Shown: piece by piece, positions 45,791-55,068 of the stretch
Layout: each line of letters begins with the position of its first letter
How positions within the stretch are numbered: position 1 is the first letter of the stretch
Assembly: GCA_965200495.1 (NCBI GenBank)
Contig: CBDAUG010000001.1
Location: 2,324,885 to 2,388,884 of the forward strand
Length of the DNA stretch: 64,000 nt
Reading direction: 5' to 3'
From: Alphaproteobacteria bacterium
GTDB lineage: Bacteria > Pseudomonadota > Alphaproteobacteria > SP197
Notes under the pieces: generated by a model
The model's input: the letters and a program-made list of their open reading frames with translations, nothing else
What the model was told of the DNA's origin: nothing
Database searches by the model: none
Translations under genes and position numbers: made by a program

Positions 45791-46576
45791 TCAGATCCGG
45801 TTCGCCGCGGCCTCCATATATCGCAACCGGTCCACGATCCATCCGAACGTCGGCGCGTCACCCAGGATCATGTCGCGCATGGCCCGGTAGTCCCGCGCGA
45901 CGGCCGCGTGCAGTTCGGGTTGCGGGACCAGCCGGAGCGATCCCGGAATGGCTTCCTCGAACCGTTTCCAGGCCTGTCGGAAGGCGATGAGATTGTGGGT
46001 CCGGACCGCGTCGAGCAGGGCGGTGTCGGCAAGCGCGGACTCGCCGGTTGCGGACGCCGCGATCATCGCGGCGTCGTAGTAGTGGCGCGAGACCCGGTCT
46101 CTGTCCGCCGGCAGCCACCCGGCGTCGCGACAGCGACAGTGCAGGCCGTGCAGGATGAGGAGCTTCTCCCAGAAGGTCCGCTCCGGCGCGAGCGTCGCGA
46201 CGCTGCCGACGCCGCACCGCCAGTCCGGGAGGTCGTCTGCGATGCAGGGGTAAATGTCGCGGACAACGCCGGGGTCCACGGCCGAGCGCGCCCCGGCCTC
46301 GATTTTCACGCGCGGCGGCACATAGGCGGCATCGGCGCCGGGATAGAGGGCGGGATAGGCGACCAGGAGCGTCTGCCCGCCGGCGTCGTCCGGGTCGGCC
46401 TCAAGGACGCATCCCTCCGTCAGCCCGCCGACCGCTGCCGTCAGGGCGGCTTTCAGGTCGCCCTGGACATGGCGGCCGCAGGCCCGCGCCAGCTCGTCGA
46501 ACAGCGCGCTCCGGCGCTTGTTCGACAGACCGGTGGCGGGTCGTCGGGTCGCGCTCGCCGGCGAAGCCCAGCCCAT
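45791..46576 (-). pseudogene. AbiEii/AbiGii-family nucleotidyltransferase toxin, N-terminally truncated, no AbiEi partner
   Basis: Middle and C-terminal pattern VKIEAGARS...ERTFWEKLLILHGL...SRHYYDAAMI. The NTase N-terminus is missing. It abuts the end of the IS1380 remnant. Confidence 0.6.
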
Positions 46577-46639
46577 CTTTACGCTTGATCAGCGCTGAAA
46601 CTTCGGCTAGCCGCCTTTTCTCATCGTTCCGCCAGAAGG

Positions 46640-48262
46640 CGGGTTAAGGGGCTGCATGGTGCGCCCTGGGCGGCGTCATGGCCGTGTGAGCCTGCCGCAT
46701 GGAGGCCCGGAGGCACGGAGTGACGTGTGACCGGGGTGTGCGGGGACCGGCAGAGGTCCTCTGACGGCGTCGGTGGCGTGTTCCAGGCAAGCGCATCCAC
46801 ACTCCTGGTTTCCGGGAGCATGAGGCAGAAAGACGCGTGGCGGGAAGGAAGATCAGCCCGGCGCCAGCATCTTCCATGCGGCGGCAAAGGCGGCCTTGTC
46901 GGGACAGGCGTTGGACATGGCGATGTGGATGCGGCGTGCGGAGACCCGCACTCACAGCACCGATCCGGATGAGTTTCCAAGGTGAGCGTGGCAGGGCTGG
47001 CACGACCGAGCGGGGTCCTTTGCGAGGCTGCGCCGCAGGCGGTTGGAGAGACCATGGGCGAAGGCCGACAAGACAGAGCCGGACGACGTTGGCATCAAGG
47101 AGGTTCGATGACGAGCGTGCGGCGAAGAGATCGCAACCGACCTCTTTGACACGATTGTCCGCATCGCCCCTGGCGCAGGAGAAGTCCTCGTAGAGGGCCT
47201 GGCCGGGGCGGTCGAGCGAGGTGACGATGGTACGGCTGTTCTCCTTGCAGGGCTGGCCGTCGCCCTGCCCGGCAAGCGCCTCGGCCTTGGCAATCACCCG
47301 ACGCTCGGCGGACCAGGACTCCTGCGTCCTATAGCGGAAGGTGCAGAACCGGCGGCATGCCCGGCCGGTCTCCAGGGTCTCGGCCATGGCCTCCTCCATA
47401 GCCTGTGCACGCAGCGTCGCCAGCCTGGCGTTGCGGGCCAGACCCAGCACATCGTCGACGTTCTCCTCATGCTCGATGACCGTCATGATGGCGTCGCGGC
47501 AGAAACCCGAGTCGGTGCGCACGATGATGCGCGTCGTCGGCCACCTGACGCGGATCCACAGCGATCACGCCCTCAAGTTCCTCCCTGATCCCGAAAGCCG
47601 CATCCTTCGCCGCGGTGCGCAAGCGCACCAGAACCGGGTGCCGGTCGACGCACATCAGCACCGGCAGGTAACAGGACCGCGGTAGTCACCATGGTCGAAG
47701 CGCTGCTCCTGGGTGCCGTGCAGTGCAAAGTCCGTGGCGTCGATGTCGAGGACGATCTCGAAAGGGCTCTTCCTCGTCCTCTTCATGAAGCAGCTCCACC
47801 AGAAGGTCGTCCATCTTCTCGAAGTCGGCGACGATCTTCGAGGGCCTTCGTGCCATCCATGCCCACAGGCCGCCAGTTCCAGGCGGTTCAGCGTGCTCTT
47901 GCCCGCCAGGGGTTCGCAGTCCTCGCGTCTGCTCTCCAGGCACCCCAGCACCGCTCCGGCCACAGGATCCTTGGCCGAACTCGTCTGTGGTCGTTGAGAT
48001 CGTCAAGACCGGTCAGGAGACCCAGGATGCGCTGGCCCACCAGGGTGCGCACCTCGTGGACGACCAGCGCGCGATTGCGCGCATCGTCGAAGCACGCGGC
48101 CACGCGCGCGAAGAGATCGAGCGATCTCTCGGCAAGGCCGACGAGCAGGAGCCCGCCATGGGAGGTGATGGTACCGCCCGAGACGTCGGCTTCGATGCGC
48201 CCTGGCCTGGCGCCGTGCGGGGTTGGACAGGAGAACTTGGCCGGGATACACTGTGTTGTCAT
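46640..48262 (-). mobile_element. IS1380-family insertion sequence, near full length, with its transposase split over at least 4 frames
   Basis: Minus-strand ORFs 47888-48262 (MTTQCIPAKFSC...GGTITSHGGLLL...LDDLNDH), 47655-47963 (AGKSTLNRLEL...FEIVLDIDATDFALHG), 47467-47661 and 46644-47522 (FRYRTQESWSAERRVIAKAE...YEDFSCARGDADNRVKEVGCDLFAARSSSNLLDANVVRLCL). Confidence 0.8.
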
Positions 48263-48263
48263 G

Positions 48264-48323
48264 AGGAACGCCTCTGTCTCTTGTGTTGTTGGTCTTATAA
48301 CAACAGATTACAGAGATTTCCTC
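48264..48323. repeat. 60-nt imperfect palindrome between the IS1380 start and the symporter gene stop
   Basis: gaggaacgcctctgtctcttgtgttgttgg tcttataacaacagattacagagatttcctc. The arms are gaggaa/ttcctc, ctctgt/acagag and ttgtt/aacaa. Confidence 0.55.
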
Positions 48324-48356
48324 ATGGCGCCAACAAGTTAGTATGCACAATCCGGG

Positions 48357-50228
48357 CTAGCGTTCCCGGAGCCGCGAGAGACTTGAAGCGATCCAGCCAG
48401 GAGTGCGTTCGCCCGGAAGTGATGGTTCGTCTTCGCTGCGGGCGAGTGTTCTCAGACCGTCTTCGGTGGTTGATCCCAGCCGGGTGGGGTAGGCGAGCCA
48501 CCACACCAGGGGTACGCCGATCATCCAGAAGAAGATCTGCCACACCCAGAGGGAAGAAAGGCCGAGTGCAGCCGCCTCGTCCACGAAGATCGGCTCGATG
48601 AAGAATGTATTGCCCAGAATGGCGCCTGGACCCAGCGCGAAGAACGCCCAGATCAGCACCAGGGACCATGTCGCGGTTCTCGAAGCCGGTCTGCCGAATG
48701 GCACGCGCCACGATGCCCGGAACTCGCCGTGCAGGCGATCGCGAACGTCACGTCCGGCACTGCGTCCGGTGAAGATGGAGACGAGAAGGACGGCAACGAC
48801 GTTGCACATCAGCCCCCAGGCAGCCGAATGGACTGTCAGGGGCCAGCGACCCCAGGGCAGGTCGACGAACAGCCCCTCGAAGAACACGAGTCCGGGAGGT
48901 TCGGTGAAGACGACAACAAGTCCGCCCAGTATGACGCCGGTCAGCACGGCACCGCGGCTGATCCATGGTATGAAGGCGAAGCCCAGAAGGGCAGGGGCCA
49001 GCTGCACCGACAGGGGCAACACCGCGCTGGCGAGGATTGCCGAAGTGAGCGGCAAGAATGCCGCCAGGATCGCCACTGGAATGAAGGCACCGGCCAGGGC
49101 AATGCGTGTTGCCAACCGCTGCTCTTGAGGGGTGAGCCCCGGAAGGACATCGTGAAACAGCAGGTCCCGCGCGAGCTGCAGGGTTCCCCCGGTGACGAAG
49201 AAGGCGACCGTCAGCTGGGCGGCGACGACAAGGCCGAGAATTGCGACCGCTCCGGAAAGCACATCCACCCCGGCCAGCACTGCGACAAGGGTGGCCACGT
49301 CGCCGTCCATGCGTGCAGCAAGGAAAGGGATGGCAAGCACCAGAACGGCCCCGACAAGTCCCGCCATGAGCCATACGTGCGTCACCGCGAAGGCACGTCC
49401 CGATCCGGTGGTCATGGCGAGATGGAGAAACGTCGGCGACAGCACAATGCCGACCATGATGAGGGCTGCTGACATGATGCCGACAGTGGTGAAGATACCG
49501 CCAGCCGGCATCTCCTTGCCCGCACCTGCAGCATACTGCACGACACCTGGAATGCGGTCGGCGAGAATGCCGTCGGCCACCGGGATCGACGTTGTCAGGA
49601 ACCCCGGGTCCGCAAGCATGCCTTCGCCGAAGAAGAGTGCGGTCACGATGGCGACGACGACAATGGCGGATTGCATTGCGGCGACCAGGACGACGGCGCG
49701 CCACCCGCCGATGACAGCGGGCACGAAGAGCGTGAAGGCAAGTGTCCAGATGGCGCCCTGGCGCGGTATGGCGCCATCCGTCGCCGTATCGATGATGGTG
49801 CCTGCCTCGGCCAGCACATGGGCCGCGAAGGGAAGGGTGAAGAGCGCTGTCAGTGCGACTGCGAAGAGGCGCAAGGCGGTGCTTCGGTAGTACCAGCCGA
49901 TCATCAGCCCGGGACTGGCCAATCCGGTGATGCGTGCTCCCAGCCACAAGCGCTTGAGGACAAGAATGGCGGCCAGCGCTGCGATGATGATGCCGACGCC
50001 AACATGACTGGCCTGCAGTCCGTAGCGCTCGACGAGGGCGATATGGCTTGTCAGACCGAATCCGGCGAGCACCACGCCGGACGCCGTGAACGCGAAGGCC
50101 CAACCGGGAATGTCGTTGCCGCCGTCGAGAAATGTTTCGGGTGCGCGGCCAACGCGCGTGACCATGGCGGCAATGTACACACCATAGAGTGCCAGCACGG
50201 CAGCGGCTGTGGCGAATGCTGTCGTCAC
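48357..50228 (-). CDS. sodium:solute symporter (SSS) family transporter
   Basis: About 13 TM. GTG start at 50228 overlapping the stop of the upstream gene (GTGA). The first roughly 135 codons of ORF 48357-50633 are non-hydrophobic and were rejected. Confidence 0.7.
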   Translation of the reverse strand: MTTAFATAAAVLALYGVYIAAMVTRVGRAPETFLDGGNDIPGWAFAFTASGVVLAGFGLTSHIALVERYGLQASHVGVGIIIAALAAILVLKRLWLGARITGLASPGLMIGWYYRSTALRLFAVALTALFTLPFAAHVLAEAGTIIDTATDGAIPRQGAIWTLAFTLFVPAVIGGWRAVVLVAAMQSAIVVVAIVTALFFGEGMLADPGFLTTSIPVADGILADRIPGVVQYAAGAGKEMPAGGIFTTVGIMSAALIMVGIVLSPTFLHLAMTTGSGRAFAVTHVWLMAGLVGAVLVLAIPFLAARMDGDVATLVAVLAGVDVLSGAVAILGLVVAAQLTVAFFVTGGTLQLARDLLFHDVLPGLTPQEQRLATRIALAGAFIPVAILAAFLPLTSAILASAVLPLSVQLAPALLGFAFIPWISRGAVLTGVILGGLVVVFTEPPGLVFFEGLFVDLPWGRWPLTVHSAAWGLMCNVVAVLLVSIFTGRSAGRDVRDRLHGEFRASWRVPFGRPASRTATWSLVLIWAFFALGPGAILGNTFFIEPIFVDEAAALGLSSLWVWQIFFWMIGVPLVWWLAYPTRLGSTTEDGLRTLARSEDEPSLPGERTPGWIASSLSRLRER

Positions 50229-50686
50229 AAGTGTGAGCGATCTCGGCGCACCTCGGAAGATGGCCGCGGATTGTTGTCGCGGATGATGTCGAATTTTTCG
50301 AACGCAGCGCGTGCGCCATGGCGTGTCACCATGGTCAGGGCTGCGATCACGACGAGAGCCGTCATGCCCATTGCAATGGTGAGAAAGTGGGATTCGTAGA
50401 ACCCGTCTACCAGAACCATTGCGCCAGCAAAGGCATTCAGCGCTGCAAGAAACAGGACCATACCGACACCGGTCTCCCGCGCCGTGAATCCGGTTCCCAG
50501 AGCAGCGTTGACAATGATGTGACCGGCATATCCGGCGAGGATGATGAGAAACCCTCCGGCAACCCACCACGATCCGTCGGTGGCGAACCCGTGATGGAAC
50601 AAAACAGACGAGACGAGGCCGAGAGGCAGCCAAAGGGCCATGACCAGGGCATGACGGTCAAGCCGGGCCTGTTTTCCGGACACCAC
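50225..50686 (-). CDS. small 4-TM membrane protein, probable symporter-associated subunit
   Basis: 153 aa, hydrophobic, translationally coupled to the SSS gene. Confidence 0.6.
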   Translation of the reverse strand: MVSGKQARLDRHALVMALWLPLGLVSSVLFHHGFATDGSWWVAGGFLIILAGYAGHIIVNAALGTGFTARETGVGMVLFLAALNAFAGAMVLVDGFYESHFLTIAMGMTALVVIAALTMVTRHGARAAFEKFDIIRDNNPRPSSEVRRDRSHL

Positions 50687-50697
50687 TGCTCGCTACC

Positions 50698-52896
50698 TCA
50701 GGTATCGTCGCCGTGCGTATTCTTCGGCGCGCTCTCGGGAAAGTTGCGGAAAGACATGCCGCCGGCGGATCCCAGATTCTTGAGCGGCAACCCGATCTCC
50801 TCCATCAGTCCATCGACGAACGCCACCTGCGTGCGGTACTTCATGGCCGAGTTGACCACCCGGTCCGAAACATTGTCGGACCCGCTTCCTGCCAGCCCGC
50901 CTGCGCCCTCCGACGGACTGTTCAGCCCGGGCAGGCCGTCAACCTGGAGAATCTTGATGGATTCGATATTCTCCATCGGCCTCACCGATTCGCGGATCAC
51001 TTCTGGCAGCGTCCTGACGAGGTGCTCGTAGATGGCGCTGCGACGACTCTCGTCGGTGCGCATGTTCTCGGCCTCGTTGAGCTTCCTGTGGCCGTCGGCG
51101 TCAGTCTGGTAGCGCACCTCGGCAGCTTTCGATTCAGCAATCTCGGCTTCGGCTCTCCTTTCCATGGCGACCTTGTGGCCTTCGGCATTCCGCACGAGTC
51201 GCATGTACTCGCGCTCGACCTTGGCCTCGGCGTCAATGATCTCGATACGCTTGTTGCGTGCCGCGATCTCCTCGGCCCGGACCGAATCGATCCGGGCTTC
51301 CGTGGCGGCAAGGCTGCGCCGCGCCTCGGCTTCACTGGTGAGTGCGACGGCTTCCTCGATCTGCTTGTTGATCACGGCGATCAGGCGCTCCTTGTCAGCG
51401 ATCTCGATCTGCATGTCCTGTTCGATCTCGAAGCGGTCGATGAACTTGCGTGCCGCGATACGCATTTCCTCAAGCGCCCTGTTGGCAGAGATCGCTGCGT
51501 CCTCGGTGTTTCGGAAACTTCCGGTCTCGGCGAGCTTGATGGCCTGCTGCCTCGCGATGTCGCGTTCCGACACCTCCTGATCCGTCTGGAGGCGTGCCAT
51601 TTCTACGTCGAGGCGCTTGGAGATTGCTGCGCGCTCTTGTTCGCCCGCCGCCTGCTCTGATGAGACCCGGACCTCCTTCTCGGCCTCGACTCCGAGGAGT
51701 TCGATTTGCCTCTCCTTGGAGATCCGTTCCGCTTCGACTTCCCGTTCCCTATCAAGGCGGGCCTTCTCAACCTCGGAGTGGGATTGCGAATCGAAGACTT
51801 CGATTTCCATCTGAGACCTGATGGATGCTTCACGGATCTGGCGTTCACGCTCGATCCGCTCTGCCTCGATCTGCTGGCGGCTGTGGATGCGTTCTGTTTC
51901 GAGCGTCGAATGGGTTTCGATGTCGACCAGTTCCGTCTCGCGCTGCTTCTCGATCTCCTGGGTGCGGATATGGTTCTGTGAGCGGATGCGTTCGAGTTCG
52001 ATGGCCTGTTCCTTGGTGATGCGCAGGAGCTCGCTTTCCTTGTCCGCCTTGAGTTTGGCCTCGACCACGGCGATCTCTGAACTGGAGCGCTCCGCTGCGA
52101 CCTCGGCGAGTTGCATGGCCTTGCGGTTTTCGATGTCCCGGACCTGATTGATCCGTGCGATTTCCAGGTCGCGGTCGATCTCGAGTGCTCGCTGTTCCGC
52201 CTCGAAATCCCTCATCTTGATATCGATACGGGCCTCGTTTTCGATCTTGTTGCGCAGTTTGCGGCGATCCTCGACCTGCTCGGTCAACTGTGTGAGACCT
52301 TCGGCGTCAAAGGCGTTGGAAGGGTTGAAGACCCCGATGTCTGACTGGTTGAGAGATGTCAGCGATGCGTTCTCAAGTTCGAGTCCGTTGCTCTCGAGAG
52401 TGCCAGCAGCCAGTTCTGCGGCCTGGCGGATGTATCCGCCGCGATCCTGGTGGATTTCCTCCATGGTCATGCGGGCGGCGACAGCTGCCATGGCATCGAC
52501 AAAGCGGCCGTGAATGACTTCCTTGACAGCCAGCGCGTTCTGGGTTTGGGCGCCAAGCGTGCGCGCGGCGGTGGAAACCCCGTCGCGTGTCGCGATGACG
52601 CGGACAAAGTACTCTGCGACCAGATCGATCCGCATCTTGTTCTTCGTGATCAGCGATTGTTCGCCAGTGCGCCGGACCTCGATCGGGATGGCGTTCATGT
52701 TGACGACAGTGATGTCGTGGATGATCGGGATGACGAGAGCGCCGCCCCCCATCACGACTTTCTCGCCGCCAGCGCCCGTGCGCACAAAACTCTGATCCTT
52801 CGATGAATGACGATAAAGCCAGTGCAGCAGATAAACCCCGACAGCGATCAGGATCGTCAACAGAATGATGATTGCGATAGCGTCAGCACCGGTCAT
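50698..52896 (-). CDS. flotillin-family (SPFH/band 7, YqiK-like) protein with long coiled-coil
   Basis: N-terminal TM followed by an SPFH domain. There is an extended E/R/K-rich coiled-coil region. 732 aa. Confidence 0.82.
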   Translation of the reverse strand: MTGADAIAIIILLTILIAVGVYLLHWLYRHSSKDQSFVRTGAGGEKVVMGGGALVIPIIHDITVVNMNAIPIEVRRTGEQSLITKNKMRIDLVAEYFVRVIATRDGVSTAARTLGAQTQNALAVKEVIHGRFVDAMAAVAARMTMEEIHQDRGGYIRQAAELAAGTLESNGLELENASLTSLNQSDIGVFNPSNAFDAEGLTQLTEQVEDRRKLRNKIENEARIDIKMRDFEAEQRALEIDRDLEIARINQVRDIENRKAMQLAEVAAERSSSEIAVVEAKLKADKESELLRITKEQAIELERIRSQNHIRTQEIEKQRETELVDIETHSTLETERIHSRQQIEAERIERERQIREASIRSQMEIEVFDSQSHSEVEKARLDREREVEAERISKERQIELLGVEAEKEVRVSSEQAAGEQERAAISKRLDVEMARLQTDQEVSERDIARQQAIKLAETGSFRNTEDAAISANRALEEMRIAARKFIDRFEIEQDMQIEIADKERLIAVINKQIEEAVALTSEAEARRSLAATEARIDSVRAEEIAARNKRIEIIDAEAKVEREYMRLVRNAEGHKVAMERRAEAEIAESKAAEVRYQTDADGHRKLNEAENMRTDESRRSAIYEHLVRTLPEVIRESVRPMENIESIKILQVDGLPGLNSPSEGAGGLAGSGSDNVSDRVVNSAMKYRTQVAFVDGLMEEIGLPLKNLGSAGGMSFRNFPESAPKNTHGDDT

Positions 52897-52949
52897 TGTC
52901 AGGTCCTCGTCTTGAGACTCGCGCCTCGTGCGGTTGAATGGTGATCACG

Positions 52950-53639
52950 TCAGAACCGTTCCTGACCTGCGACAGCCAGGATGATGAGCGAGGGCACAAT
53001 CAGATTGATCAGGTCAAAGAGCGTGTAGAGTGCCACGATACTCGGTGACTGCCCTGTTGCGATCACCACATCGACGAAATGCAGGATGGGATAGATCGCC
53101 CAGCCGACGGTCATGATGAGGCGGATCCAGAAGTACCCCAGACGCACCGCGCGACTCTCCCGGCGCACGGTGTCGGCCAGGGGACCGAAGTAAAGTTCTC
53201 CCAGGATATAGAGCCAAAAGCCGATTGAGAGCAGAACACCGAGAGTCGGATTGAAGAAGCCTGCATCGCCGAGATAGCGCGCGAACACCATGAGCAGCGC
53301 GGCAGCTGTCGTGCGCCAGAAGATGCCCACGGGCGGTTTCGCCAGGGCGCGCACAAAGAAGTACATGGCCGCGACCTGGAGTGGGTGCACTGTAAACCAT
53401 GCGGCAAAGCGGATGCCCCCGCTTGATCCTCCCCCGTGCAGCCAAAGGGATGCCGCGCCGGCATAGTGCAACGCCGATGCCAAGGTGGCGACGGCCACCA
53501 TTGAGACCGGAATCCGCCAGTTATCCGCAGACCAGCTCAGGCCAGCGAGACATAGGACTGCAGTGGAGAAGGTGGCCAGCGCGGCGATGACGAAGCTGCT
53601 GGCAACGACGTGCTGCGAGGTATAGAGAACTCCGAACAT
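52950..53639 (-). CDS. microbial-rhodopsin-like 7-TM protein lacking the Schiff-base lysine
   Basis: Seven hydrophobic helices. TM3 reads IRFAAWFTVHPLQV (cf. bacteriorhodopsin RYADWLFTTPLLL). TM6 reads VGWAIYPILHF (cf. LWSAYPVVWLIG). TM7 reads LFDLINLIVPSL with no Lys. The only Lys in the protein lies in a loop. Confidence 0.55.
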   Translation of the reverse strand: MFGVLYTSQHVVASSFVIAALATFSTAVLCLAGLSWSADNWRIPVSMVAVATLASALHYAGAASLWLHGGGSSGGIRFAAWFTVHPLQVAAMYFFVRALAKPPVGIFWRTTAAALLMVFARYLGDAGFFNPTLGVLLSIGFWLYILGELYFGPLADTVRRESRAVRLGYFWIRLIMTVGWAIYPILHFVDVVIATGQSPSIVALYTLFDLINLIVPSLIILAVAGQERF

Positions 53640-53649
53640 GTCCCCCTCC

Positions 53650-55068
53650 CTAGACTTGTGTCCTGATGTGCGCCAAACGTCCGTAGAGAGCAACCATCGG
53701 CAGGATCAGAAGGCCGAAAATGAACTGCTGCCATTCGTATGCAAGTCCAATGCCGATCAGAAACGAGCTCAGCACCTGAAGCACAAGGACACCGATGATC
53801 GTGAACCCGTAGCCGCCGTAGCCGCCAAGCAAGGACGTGCCGCCAATCACGACGGCTGCCAGGGTCGTAAACAGGTAAGGATCGCCGACTCCGATGAAAC
53901 CACCCCCCGACCAGCCGAGAAGCAGCGCCCCTGTCAGGGCGGCGAACACTCCGGACAGAACATAGGCGAGGGTCCAGTAGGTGAATTCCGAGACGCCGAG
54001 CAGCTTCGCTGACTGGCGGTTGCCGCCAAGGCCGTAGAGGTGGCGTCCCCATGCCGTATGGCGCAATCCGGTGATGACAACCGCGGCAATGGCCACCCAG
54101 ATCAGGATGGTGGGTGGAAAGGCCATGCCGAAGGTCTCGCCGTTCATCGCTGCCAGATTCTGAAGCCATGGGGGAACCGTGCCGAAGACGTTACCACTGA
54201 ACGCCGTGCCGATTGATGTCAGGATCTGCACAAGACCGGCGATGCCGAAGCCGATACCCAGCGACACGATCAGCGCCTGGCCCTGTAGTTTGAAGCTCAG
54301 GACCCCGTTCAGCAGACCAATGAGACCACCGACAAGAAGAACGAACCCGAAGGCCACGTAGGAAGGAACACCGAGGCTGATCAGAAACAGCAACCCGATG
54401 TTTGCGGCACCGATCACGAAGGGGATCGAAAGGTCAAGTCCGCCCATGAGGGCCACCAGTGTCTGGCCGACGCAGGCGATGCCGAGGAAGGAGGCGAACA
54501 GCAGAATCGCCTTCACGTTGGTACCGGAGAGAAACCCGTCGATGGTGAACGAGGAGATGACGATCAGGGCCGCAAGCACGATCAGCCCGATAAAGGCGCT
54601 TCGTCCGTGGGCGAAGCGCCCTGATACCTTGAAGGCGAACAAAAGGATCGCCTCCAGAACCAGGAAGGCGACGAGATTGGTCACAGTCCGGAAGGACTCG
54701 ACCGAAGCGGTGACAAGGAGGTAGGCGACAAGCAGCAGGCCCATGGCGATGATCATCACGCGGTTCGACTGCCACACGCCCCTTGCCCCGCTGGCAGGTG
54801 CCCTGCTGGCAGGTGCCCCGATGCCAGTCCTGCGAGACTCGAAGATCACCACGATGTAGTTGAGGAGCCATAACAGCACGGCCACCGACACGACAGTGGA
54901 GACGATGACGTCCTGGGCCGCCAGCCCCTGAGCGAATCCGACGCCGAAGCCGATGGCGGCCACGATCAGTGCCGCAGCCAGGTTGATCCAGATCATGAAC
55001 GTCGAACGCGGGATGGGTATCAGCTGTGTCCTTGAACCGCGTTCGGCGAAAGGCTGTTCTTCAGTCAT
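53650..55068 (-). CDS. sugar ABC transporter permease (RbsC/AraH-like core with N-terminal extension)
   Basis: 472 aa with about 10 TM. The C-terminus reads ...GGTSLLGGYGGYGFTIIGVLVLQVLSSFLIGIGL, as in monosaccharide ABC permeases. Confidence 0.78.
   Translation of the reverse strand: MTEEQPFAERGSRTQLIPIPRSTFMIWINLAAALIVAAIGFGVGFAQGLAAQDVIVSTVVSVAVLLWLLNYIVVIFESRRTGIGAPASRAPASGARGVWQSNRVMIIAMGLLLVAYLLVTASVESFRTVTNLVAFLVLEAILLFAFKVSGRFAHGRSAFIGLIVLAALIVISSFTIDGFLSGTNVKAILLFASFLGIACVGQTLVALMGGLDLSIPFVIGAANIGLLFLISLGVPSYVAFGFVLLVGGLIGLLNGVLSFKLQGQALIVSLGIGFGIAGLVQILTSIGTAFSGNVFGTVPPWLQNLAAMNGETFGMAFPPTILIWVAIAAVVITGLRHTAWGRHLYGLGGNRQSAKLLGVSEFTYWTLAYVLSGVFAALTGALLLGWSGGGFIGVGDPYLFTTLAAVVIGGTSLLGGYGGYGFTIIGVLVLQVLSSFLIGIGLAYEWQQFIFGLLILPMVALYGRLAHIRTQV

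Noticed and set aside
48748-50319. 523-aa alternative minus-strand frame within the SSS symporter gene. A similar case is 55096-56463 within the permease
   Set aside because: The chosen frames give long hydrophobic TM-rich products. The alternative frames give Arg/His/Pro-rich junk.
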